A stretch of 64,000 bases of DNA, taken from contig ADNK01002959.1 of assembly GCA_000320545.1 (NCBI GenBank), positions 62,001 to 126,000 on the forward strand. The letters run 5' to 3'. The notes under the pieces were generated by a model that was not told where the DNA came from, searched no databases, and saw only the letters and a program-made list of their open reading frames with translations. The translations under genes and the position numbers were made by a program. Shown here piece after piece: positions 49,877-61,371 of the stretch. Origin of the DNA: Bigelowiella natans CCMP2755 (Eukaryota; Protista; Cercozoa). Positions within the stretch are counted from its first letter, which is position 1. The number at the start of each line of letters is the position of its first letter.

Positions 49877-52209
49877 TATACACATACACACACATTATAA
49901 AATACACTACACTATACACGTACTGCATCATATATAACAGTTAAACTACATGGATTATTATCAATACTTCACAGATGATACTGCTCTGTTATCTCCCTTG
50001 TAGTAGTAAAGTAGTAGTAAGTAGTAGTAGTATCACCATTATTAGTTATTACCACCTATCGTTATTTCCTACCCACTGACCTTAGAATATAGCAGAAGAA
50101 GCACATAGAGTGTTAACGACTACCTGTTTGTTGAATACTTGTCAGTTTATGCTGCATGCTTTGTGCAAAATCCACACAAGTAGCATCAAGGTTATAATAT
50201 CATGGAATTCGATCTAAAAACAAGAGTGTACAACAACATCTCTCACAAATACGAGCAGCAACGATATATTGGATAGATTATGATCCACTAGCCAAATCAA
50301 ATATCATGATTTTATATATCATCCCTTCCATCTTAATCTAAATGTCATGTCTTGGTATGTAGATATGCTATCATTGCTCATTCTGTGAGCAGTAAATCCT
50401 TCTTCAGATCTGGTATGACGACTGCTATATCGTTTATACATTTAGTAATAGTTTTGCATGATAATATTCTCATCATCATCATCATCATTCTTCTAGATGA
50501 TGGATGGTGCTGATATTTTCTTTTCAAGCGTACAAGAACAACAAAAATTGATGATAACTACCTTCATATATGTAGGATTGAGTGCCAACAGAATGTTAAG
50601 CAATAGGAAGGTGTTCGCAAATAGCTACTACTCGAAGTTTGTTGTCACCAAAGCCTCTTTTTCTTTGTAGTAGCATACAGGAAACATCCAATAATATATC
50701 ACCATCATCATCATCATCGTTATCATCGTTATAACTACGTGATCAGTAAAAGAAGAGAGCTACGACGTGAGTGTATGTTTTTCTTTAACTACATCATTAT
50801 CACATTATACTGCTGGCTGCTGATGAGATCTCAACTGCAGATTTCTCTTCCTACCTACTGTGTTATAATATCCAAAAAAAACTGATATTAGTATTAAATA
50901 ATTATAAATGTGCATTTACCAGGTGCAACTTATTGTCTCTCAAGAGTTTGGTAGTAGTCCATATAATACTACGTAAATATCTTTCTCTATGTCGTAAATC
51001 GCTGCTCGATTCGCTGATGATCAGATCTTCCTCCTGTATCCTACTACTACTACTACTACAAGCAAGTGTTGTCGTATAACCCATCGATGCAAGTATGTAC
51101 TACTACTACATTAGTAGCAATAATAATAAAAACAATAGTAATGATATCAATAATGCACAGGAGAGACTGTGGTATCGGTCTTTGCTTACAGCATGGGTTT
51201 GCTGAGCGGCGTTGTGACGTTGATTTGGGTTGATGTTTCCGAGGACTTTGGATCCCTTCCTTTGACATTCTGGTGGTATATAAGAATATTATAAAACTAC
51301 TCATCATCATGCTTTTGAGTTTTTATATAATATGTGAGAAGTTCATAGAGGAAGTTGTTCTTGTCTGATGATTATTGCGACTCGCGTATCAATTGTATCA
51401 TCAAAATGTTGATCTTCATCATCATCATCATCATCATCATCAATCATCATCAATCATCATCAATCATCACAGTATCATATATGTAGTTCCTACTCGTGGG
51501 CCTGGCAGGCAGTAATCGATGCCTTTTTAGTTATATTTTATCTGGTGACGATTTATTACCCTCTCACCACCCTTACGGTTAGAAGACAACCTCAAACATA
51601 AAGGCATGTTGTATGTTTGTTACATTGCATCATTTTCTTTTTTGATTGGTATTTTCACACAACTGTATTATTGCAATCAACAGAAGTAGTCAAGGTACAA
51701 AACATATAATGATGATTGATGATGATGGAGAGTGGTAATAGTAATAGGATTGAAAAGATTTTAAGTTACTACTACTTCTGCAAATGCAGGTATTATCAAT
51801 TTTGACTGGACAACTTGAGTATAAATCGGCCCCAGTCTTCATGGGATTGTTTGTCGCTGCTCTTGCACATCTTGTATTTTTATTCATGGCAGAGGTAATT
51901 TGAATTTACTCATAACTTATACTTAGTATTGTCATCATAGCCAGCCATGTATGTATTGCTGGAACTGCTACTATTCAACCAGTGATCATCCGTCTAAGAC
52001 GACAACACTTTCACTTCAAACATTAGGTAATTCTTGATTCAACAAATGCGATTTTGTTCTGCTACGCAATTGAAACAAACAACACAATGAGACCAAAGAA
52101 TGGGATCAGTTCGGAGAACAACAAGGCAGCAACTAATGGAAGTGAAAACAACACATATCCCACGGTATCTTCCACCAATTTTGTAAATTGCATAGGATGT
52201 GTACATTCA

Positions 52210-52245
<36 letters not shown>

Positions 52246-52488
52246 TTTGTGTGTAGTATAAAGTGCTGAATACACATGCCCTACTACAAATCCTTCAAAT
52301 GAATTACGTATGTTTTCTGCCTGCCAAATTATAAACATTGTTGATATACCTTCCAATCTATAATAACACAGGAGATTATGATGGGTTCTATGCGAGCTAA
52401 CGACGAGACGGTAGATTTCGCAAATTTCATTAGAAATGCGAACCCAGGTGTTGCATCCGCTCCATTGTGGGAAGAAACTACAGCATGA
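44008..52488 (+). CDS. Choline transporter-like (CTL/SLC44) membrane protein, many micro-exons; start uncertain
   Basis: Hydrophobic exons WPWGVAFATLVLLTFVIQ, VASVSTVSWYF, CLSTACGCLQQVL, LFMAE|VILDSTNAILFCYAIE (CTL C-terminal motif); stop TGA at 52486-52488. Confidence 0.65.
47542..47801. repeat. 5 x ~52-55-bp intronic tandem repeat
   Basis: Unit (atc)n attgaattatgttactactttcatttctaacggcggagca. Confidence 0.9.
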
Positions 52489-52583
52489 AGCTATGAGATG
52501 ACTGTGATTTGTAGGAAACAAACAACACGGTGTTGTACACGCCGTTATCGACCTGTATCGTACCGTTAGATAAACATGACTAG

Positions 52584-52641
52584 ATGAGACAGATCTAATG
52601 AATTAATCAAACCTTTTCAATGCTCATCCTAATGTAGCTGT
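52584..52641 (-). repeat. LINE 3'-end fragment (second partial at ~52728-52746)
   Basis: atgagacagatctaatgaa...ttttcaatgctcatcctaatgtagctgt. Confidence 0.8.
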
Positions 52642-52759
52642 AGAGCTATGCGTATCGTTCAACATGTAAATGTGCTCGTTGCATTGTTTGCACGTCATTC
52701 GCTTGCTAGCTCTAGAGCATTATCATCTCCTAATGTAGCTGTGCAACAATATATGTGTA

Positions 52760-52822
<63 letters not shown>

Positions 52823-52866
52823 ATAATAAGTATCTTGGAAATAGACACAGGAATACCACAGCATAC

Positions 52867-52919
<53 letters not shown>

Positions 52920-52929
52920 GATGTATGTG

Positions 52930-53072
52930 TGAGACGGATGTGATGAAATGTTCAAATTTTTTCAATGGTCATACATATGTGTACACATATGCATGTACAT
53001 GTACATGCACATGTATGTGTATGAGATGATCCATGTCTTTCACGACCCCACAAGTGTTGCATGTGGCATCTG
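52930..53072 (-). repeat. Inverted, internally deleted fragments of a sister LINE copy
   Basis: 52930-52972 is the reverse complement of the 3' end (MTIEKI*); 53024-53072 is the reverse complement of the zinc-knuckle region ([16 protein letters not shown] vs DATCDACGILKDMDHL). Confidence 0.88.
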
Positions 53073-53116
53073 CCCATGTGTGCAGCGCACATGCATGCAT
53101 GTGCACACATGTGCAC

Positions 53117-54696
53117 ATCGACGACTGGCTCAGAGATCGCACCGCCAGATTCAGATTTGGCAATGCTCTCTCTGAACACATGAATCTCAAGAGCGGCGTC
53201 CCCGAAGGATCATCTCTCAGCTGTTTCCTGTTCACAACCCATTGCGATGTTTGCGAACAAATTGACAACACAGATTTCCAAACATGCTGTGACGACGTCA
53301 CCCCCTGCAAATTGTTTTCGCCAAACCGATGGGGGAAAATGCAAGATGACATCCAGGCCGACCTGAACCAAATGACGGACTGGTGCATGAAATGGCGGAT
53401 GCGATTCAATGGGGACAAGAGTGGGCACCTCGTCATTGACAAAAGAAACAAAGCCTGCCGACACCAAACCTCCTGGAACATCTCTCTGAATCTCCAAGGC
53501 AAAATGAAAAGAGTCGACAGCGGCAGATGTCTCGGACTGATCTTCGACAACAAACTGACCTTTGAAAAACATGCTCTTGCTTCTCACCTGAGATTGCAAA
53601 AGAAGCGAAGGTTTTTGTCAAGGTTGTGTTGTTCCAGACACCTTGTGCCGCTAAATGCCAGACTGAAATTTTGCAAATCATGGTTCCTTGCATCCAGCAG
53701 ACACGCAGCTCCAATGTGGAGATCACGAAGAAACATGCGAATGAAACAGATGGATTCCATGGAATCCCAAACCCTGAAACGTGCATTGGGATCACCTGGA
53801 TCCATCTCCAACGACGTTCCCCACGTCCTCACTGGCACGTTGCCACCCCGACATCAAACCAAAGTGCAATGTGCTGAATCATGGTTGCGCACTGATGCAT
53901 GGATCGACACAGGCAGCGGTCCTCAAATGCATGAGGGAACAAATGATTGCAGCAGTTGTGGCTTCATCATTGAAAATCGAAAAATGCCAGGTGGCACATC
54001 GTGGATTGATGTGTCCACAAACACGTGGAACAAGTGTCTTTGTTTCGTCGTCTCAAATCGATCACTGACGATTTGTTAGGTGACGAATTGCCCACAGTTT
54101 TGACGACAACAGAGGCGCTGAAAAAAGAATCAAAAAAACATCACAAGGTGATGAAATCCTGTGCTTTTGCCGAATTGCAGGAGGAATGGTCCAATGATTC
54201 ATTGCGAGCTGTGCATCTCAAGAATCTTGGATTCCTTCCGTCATCTTCGATCACCGGCATCAAACTGAAACTTCCAAGTGTCGCTACATCATGGATGCGC
54301 GCCATCTGTGGTGTCGGCAATCTTGGAAAATTCGTGTTCTCACGTGGACAATGCACAGAGACAGATGCCACGTGCGATGCATGTGGCATCCTGAAGGACA
54401 TGGATCATCTCCTGCAATGTCCAACACACAGTCGAGAACAAATCAGATTGCGCAATCAAATGAGCGCAATCATGAATCGCAACGACGACACGAACCGGCT
54501 GACAAATGCTGAAAAGGACTCCAGAACTGCTGCGCGCAGTGCGCGGCAACATCGGTCGCATGAGGACGCTTTCAAATGCATGAAGCACGTGGTGGCAGAA
54601 ACCAACAGATGCAACATTGGCGCTGCAGCCGCTGCATTGCACAGCCACATTGGGATGACCATTGAAAAAATTTGATTCTTCATTGCATCCGTCTCA
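53117..54696 (+). mobile_element. 5'-truncated, frameshifted non-LTR retrotransposon (LINE): RT C-terminal half plus CCHC-type zinc knuckle, TpA-hypermutated
   Basis: SGVPEGSSLSCFLF (GVPQG), TCCDDV (YADD), WCMKWRMRFNGDKS, RCLGLIFDNKLTF (KYLG), RHAAPMW (YAAPVW), CDACG..DMDHLLQCP. Frameshift near 54040-54079, stop 54673-54675, short 3' end catccgtctca. Confidence 0.93.
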
Positions 54697-55410
54697 TGCA
54701 TGCATGCATGGATGTTTCCTGTCTACAATTAGCATGATGGACTTTACTTCTCTCATGAACCGACCGACGCCGTAGCGTGCGTTCTACGTGGCGTTGCCTA
54801 CGCCTAGACGCTGTTAGCACGACCGCACAGCTGCGTTCAACCTTGCTAGCTTTGCGTGGGCAACGTCTATGTGCATGTATGTAGCTAGCTAGAACGTACC
54901 ACGTCGCCCTGTCGCCGGGCGCATTGAACAATTAAACGATAAAACGTAACTATGTAGGTAATAACGCTTGCGGCGCTGATCCCGATCTCATTGCGTACAT
55001 TGTCAGGATCGAATCCTGCGCATCGCATGCATGCTCTGTCCTACCCTACTCACATCGCAATTGACAATGTGTGAACTGTGAGCAGGACTAGCATCGCAAT
55101 CGACAATAATGTGTGAACTGTGAGCAGGACTAGAGGAAGGAGTACAAGCGGTCTCAAATCGATCAGTGTACAAGTTAAGCATGTCAGCATGACGCGGCTG
55201 CACGCTGCACAACTCCTACGTCATTCTGATGTGGCTTCTTCCTTACTGTAGCGACTGTTACTTCCTTTACATTTCAGGAGGCATATGGAGACCATCCTGG
55301 CATGATCCATTCCTCCCTCATTGTTGCAACTCAGTCAAAAATGCATAAATTAAAGCAGCCATTCTACAGCCATCATTAGGTGCTCACATTGGGATTTTCT
55401 GTAATACAAT

Positions 55411-56758
55411 TTATACGAGGTGCGCTCCAACTGGATAACTGGAGGCACTCAGGATACCACAAATGCCACATACTGTTATTTCGGAAGGACCTCCCTTGCA
55501 GCCGAAACCGTCTTGAGGCGAGCTGTCGGTCTGACAAGATGCCTCTGCCTCGCGGAAGAGCTTAATGTAACCCTGCTCACCCCATGTAGTGCCCCAGGAG
55601 TTGCGCACAAGGTAGTAGTCGTCGCCATTCTCTGTACCATAGCCAACAAGCTGCACTGCGTGGTCAATATCACTTCCGCACTTACCCTTCATCACACCAC
55701 CACCATAAAGCTGCCAGCCAATAGTCCCAGCATCGACACTAATAGCCACAGGGCCAATGGTAGCGATCGCTTCCATGAGTGCAGTGTAGTTGTTAGTGGG
55801 GAGGTCAACTTGACCGGTCACATTTGCAACAGCCTTGATCTTGGAGGTATCACAGGTTCCAGTGCTTCCTTGATAAGGATAATCCTCCTCAGTCGTAATA
55901 CCTGCTGATCCGATGTATTGGAAGGCGAGTGGCTGAGTAGAGCCTTGGCAACCGCCAGTGCCTCCACATTCCTCAGGATTTGGTGCGCAAGACACAAGCT
56001 GCTGCTCGGAAAGGGTCATCAGTTTTCCCGTGGCAATGGCCAAGTGGGACTCCATCGTCTCGGATGAGGAAAATGCCCAACAAGCTAGCAGAAAAAGTAG
56101 AACATGTTAACACAAATCGAAGTACGTAATATATCCATACAATTATCTTTACTACAACGTATGGTGCGCTAATCTACTGAATTCTTACATCCACATCCGC
56201 CCTGGTTCTTAACCGCGGTAACCACGCCCTTGTCCCTCCAGTCGACGCTGTCAGGCAGTGTAGCCAGAAACTCGTAATTCACAGGAGCAGCACGAGCAAC
56301 CTTGCTGTCTAAGCTCTGCAACTTAGGGTGGCTACGTTGATGGAACCCACGAGTGGAACGGCGAAACTCCTCGGGATGCAAATCAGTAAAGTCGTTAACC
56401 TATATTACAGTCAGAATCTTATCGTATCGCCTGAACGTGTATTATTCCTCATGATCTTCATGATGTACTTACGTGGAGGAAGTAAGAATGATCCTCTTTA
56501 TTGTGGCGGCGAATGATCTCCAAATGGCGTTCAAAGATGCCCTAAACAGATACGGCGGATTAGCACCTTTGAAACAAATTTCGCATTGTGGAGTAGAGGA
56601 ACCTTGCGGTAGCCCATCTGTGACTCTGGATATGATTTTTTGAAGTCCACAAGATACTCATCGAAAGAGTAGGGATGTCCATTGGCAAGATCCTTATGGG
56701 AGACCCTGGGGCGTGCCTCAGCTTGGAAGCAGGAGAGGAGGAAGACAAGCGCGAACAT
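55411..56758 (-). CDS. Cathepsin L-like papain (C1A) cysteine protease, 4 exons
   Basis: Signal peptide, I29 propeptide, LPDSVDWR, KNQGGCG|SCWAFS, SEQQLVSC, IDHAVQLVGYG, VRNSWGTTWGEQGY. Confidence 0.95.
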
Positions 56759-57257
56759 GGGAGCTACTTCAGATATGAACTAAGATATATGAAGTTTTTG
56801 TGGTACAAATAATTCATTTCAAATTTCACTATTTGGTGTTATTTAGCCATATATTTGTGTTGTTTGCAGGATAATTACTATATTTCTCCTGTGAAATGTA
56901 AACACCAAAAACTCAATACTAAAATATTATGTCGTTTCCACATGAAGATGGTATCCGGAGAATCAATTAATGTGCAGAAATTACCATGTCGTATAAGTAA
57001 TTTCAAGTGCTTTTTTTGCAGATGCAACCCCAACTCCCTGCCTCTATTTTCCGCCAATTCGTCGAGAGTCTCGAGAGGCTCCCGTGTTTTTTAAGCATCT
57101 CGAGGGGTCTCCTGATTTTGGAATCTTGACGATCCTCGTACCCCTTGCCCCCCCTTTTCTTTGGACATTGGTTCTAGAGGTTGGCTCCTGGGTGTGTGAT
57201 TCTAGAGAAGGCTTACCGATACAAAATATATCTATACTATCTAGCGCTTTTGCCATA

Positions 57258-59182
57258 ATGGGAAGAGATGGATTAAGTGATGTAAACAAGGAAGCGAAGG
57301 AAGCATCGAAGGCAACGATGTTGAAGCACGTAGAGGCCAAAGCTACTTCGAAAAACCCTCCAAAAATGACTAGGACGGCAACGCTTCCTGCTTCAAGTTC
57401 ATCTTACCAAGATGACAGTAATAAAAGCAGCAACAACAGCCAGCAGCAGCAACAACAGCAGCAACAGCATAACAAGCGACTGAGACCCTTCTCTAGGCCA
57501 TCTAATCGAAACACACGGCTCAGGCCATCTTTATCGTTTCCTTCTTCGCGTAAAACTAGAAGAATAACGCCAAGAGGAAAGAAAGGGAGAAATCAAGATT
57601 TGGTATCTGCAGAAGACCTGGGGAAGGCAGACGGAAATAGAAGTGGGGACAACGATGACGACGATGAGAGCGAGATGATCCGTCAATTCGAGAGAAATAT
57701 TGTTGCAAAGGTGCTAGTTGTGACATTCTTTTTTGTGTCAGTTCAACATAATTGATTTCAAATCTCATTTACTCTACTATTACAGGAATCAAGCTGAAAT
57801 TGTCCTTCATTTTTCTTCTCTCTTCTGATTTATTATCTATTTTACTACTACTTCCTTTTAGGAGGCTAAATCTTCCACCAGTGCAGATTATATCAGTAGT
57901 TCCGCCTACTCAAGCGAACCTACTAATCCCACTGCTACTGCTAGTGATAATACTAGTGGTTTCAATCACGACGACAAGGTCGTCGGTCCCAATGATCAAG
58001 AGGGCAGCAACAAAGCGGACTACGGCGAGAGAAAAGAGCAGGTAGTGGTGAAAGTAGTAGTAGTACAAGGGAATCATGGTAATGTTTTTCGTCATTCTCT
58101 GACGTAATATAATAATTATGTTAGATAGAAGGGGATACGTTCGATGGTAACCAGCGGAACAAGATACAACCAGAAGTCAATTGTGTCTTTGCTTTTTTAC
58201 ATCTGGTAGATAATCTCCCAATGTAGTAGTAGTAGTAGTAGTAGTAGTAGCTAAAAAGGATTGCAGCACTGATAGAATTGAAATGGTGCTCACACAAGCA
58301 CATCTGTCTTTTCGCATTTTTTATTTCAATAAGGGGCAATACTAATACTAAGTATCACTTACACAATGACGCGCTCTTTTATCTTCTATTTCTCAAAATT
58401 GTGATTTAGTAGAGCCATCATCATTTCAGGCTGACCATACATACATACATACATACATACATAATACAACGAACCTCCCTTACAACTATTACTACTCCTA
58501 CTCCTCCTCCTCCTCCTCCTCCTACTACTACTACTACTACTACTACTACAGCGTACAAAGCTGGACTTAGTCCGCATTGTTACTCATGTGAGAGGCGCTG
58601 AGTACAACCCAAAGGTGAGTGGTGTGTTTGGGATCTGATGATCACGAATAATATTATCTTCTTCGTGTTAGAATACTATCTACAAAACATTGTAAAGTTT
58701 TTCTCCATGTGATGAATTACTACAAGCAAATATAATCCAAATTAAAACACAACATTGGTAAGCATCTTGATCACCTGTGTCACTCCTAACATGACACTTT
58801 AATTATTTCATTACTTTATTATTATTCTATTTGATTGCAACTTCAACTAAGTTAGTAATCATGAACTACAAATATGAAACCATGTTGATCACTTTTATTT
58901 AACAATAGAGATTTCGTGCCGTCGTAATTCGCCTCCTTAAACCAAAAGCCACTGGCATGATGTAAAAACTAACCAATACTAATTTGTATATCATAAGTGA
59001 TAAGGAGGCCATTTTCTCTCGCCGTTTTTTGAATCATTGTAGCCCGAACTACTTCAAACACATCCAAGCACAAATGGCGCATACAGACACACACACACAC
59101 ACACACACATAATCTGTCGCAATTCCGATAGATATGCCTCTGGAAAGTTGGTGTGCATGGGCGCAAAGAATGAAAAGTAATA

Positions 59183-59218
<36 letters not shown>

Positions 59219-60193
59219 ATATATCTATTTTTCATGAGCCACTTGTTTGGAACTCATGCTTTCTCTGCCTTTTCAGAGCTGCTCATTTCGCGTGCAAAAA
59301 GTTCGTAAGAATACTGCAGAAGGTATTAGCAGGATCATTATTTTTATCATTCAATTTATCGAGGTCGTACCTTCAAAATATATCATCATACAGTGACTAT
59401 CATCCGTTTTAGCGATTTTGCTGTATCCAGAGGGCAGACAGAGAGGAACTCTGAATGTAGAGAATAATATATCAATTTCACAGGGATATATTATGCTGTT
59501 TTTAGGTTGGATATCCCCAAGTAAGATTCGCTCCTTCCCATGAAGAACCATTGATACGGAGCATAATGGCCAAATGCAAGGTTCGTAATAAATTAGGTGT
59601 TGATACTGTTTAGTGTTCCTTTTCTTGCTCATGATGATGATGGTGATGATGATGATGATGAAGATGATAGTGCTTCTATAACTTTCGTCATTCACGGGTA
59701 ATTCGATTACACGTAATAAAATGGTTTTCTTAGGTTGATTTTCCAGTTCGTCTAGAGGACTTAGCTACCACGCACAATGTGAGCATTGCAGTATTTCCTA
59801 CTAATAAAGACTCAACTTTAGACGTTCGTAACGATCTATTTGATCAGGAATTTGTCAGTTTCGAGCCAGAAATATTCCCTGGTCTGATATATCGAATGAC
59901 TGTTCCCAGGTAAGAAGTCGTCATGATGGAGAAGATAGCGGCGTTTTTAATTAAGTTTCGTTGTTTTAGGGTCACAATTTTCGTATTTGTAACCGGAACC
60001 GTGCTATTAGTCGGAGCCAAAACTCGATCTGAGGTGTCGAAAGTTACGTCCTCGCATGATGTTGATGGCGTACAATCAATATTTAGTGCGTCAAGTAAAT
60101 CTTCTTTTTTGTGTTCAGATTCATCGTGCTTTCGACCTACTTTACCCAGTTCTGCTTCAATTTAGGAAAGTTGTTGACGCTGAATTACAATAG
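57258..60193 (+). CDS. TBP: Divergent TATA-binding protein with long poly-Q-containing N-terminus
   Basis: KLDLVRIVTHVRGAEYNPK|RFRAVVIRLLKPKATGMI|YASGKLVCMGA, ACKKFVRILQK, FPVRLEDLA, FEPEIFPGLIYRM, FVTGTVLLVGAK, LYPVLLQFRK; stop 60191-60193. Confidence 0.9.
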
Positions 60194-61187
60194 ATCGAAT
60201 GTACAAACGACATGAGATTTATCTTAATTTAATGCTGCAGCGAGTGATTCGCAGGATAGCGTAGTCAATGTGGTATTTTCTAATAAACAGCTGGCTCAGT
60301 ACATCACACCAAAATTATGAGCATGTTCAGCACTATTGCACAACCTATACCAGTATAAGTATATCTTGCTTTGTCGCTAAGAATTTTTGGAGTTGTTATA
60401 ACTACACGATCGAAGCTATGCGCTTCCCGAAGTCCTCCACGCTAGGATGCATCGCATGTATAGTAACCAAGCTACATACGCATAGCTATGTACGCATATG
60501 GCATGCGCCTTGTATATGAGCTAGATGAGCTTTGATGCATGACGTGCAAGATGAAAACGCGTAAAGCTCTAGACTAGTAAAGCTGTGAAGAGCTTAGAAT
60601 TCAATGTCTTAAGCAAGCACCCGGTATCATTAGCTAGTTAGTGCATGCCGGCGCAGCCGTCCGTAGCCATGGCGTTGCGAGGTCGGAGCAAGCTAGTTAG
60701 CTATAGAGAGTGGTGCGTCGCAACAACTAGACAATGATGATCTAGACAACTGAGAGCCATGCCGCCTCTCGCTATAGGGACATATATGTCCATATACGTG
60801 TAGCCGTCTACGACATGTGTACATCACGTACTTCACATGTACCTATAGCTACACATGTGCCAGATGATAGCGCTCACATGTACAGGTACATGTGTAGTGG
60901 CTTGTTTGGTGCATGTGTGGATATGAACAGAGCATGTGTGTGTGCTTTTTAGTACATGTGGTGTGCATGGGTACATGTGTTCCTTACGCGTACACGTATA
61001 GGGACATATATGTCCATATATCGCCCATGCCCGTCGCATAGAATGCGGCGAACTTGCTGCTTAATTGCCAAAAGGCTTGCTAGCTTGGAGCAATTGAAAT
61101 AGATCATGCAAAATGCATACCATGCGGCTCTGCTAGGTTCTGTGCCCATGTCCGAGCATTGCACAATAGGCACACTGTATATACTGT

Positions 61188-61287
61188 GAAACAAACCAGT
61201 ACAATTTAAGCGCTGTAGCCGCAGCTTTGCACAGCTACATTAGGATGACAATTGAACAAATTTAACTTATTCGTTACATCCGTCTCA
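61188..61287 (+). repeat. LINE 3'-end fragment retaining TpA sites
   Basis: Encodes ETNQYNLSAVAAALHSYIRMTIEQI* and ends catccgtctca. Confidence 0.9.
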
Positions 61288-61371
61288 TATACTGTGCCTA
61301 TAGTCTGCTAATTGCTTGAAAGGAAAGAAGGCGCAATCAATTTAACGATGTTGCACATGTGCAGGAAAACT

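Noticed and set aside
53033-54675. Alternative genetic code, or real overlapping antisense genes
   Set aside because: Host genes use Tyr codons normally. The many overlapping ORFs follow from loss of TAA/TAG.
53022-54723. CpG deamination or classical RIP as the cause of TG/CA excess
   Set aside because: CpG is still common here; neither process removes TpA or turns Tyr into Cys/His, and RIP creates TpA.
53022-54723. ADAR-type RNA hyper-editing followed by retrotransposition
   Set aside because: That would give A>G on one strand and favours UAG. Here A>G and T>C co-occur, TAG survives, and flanking non-element DNA is also converted.
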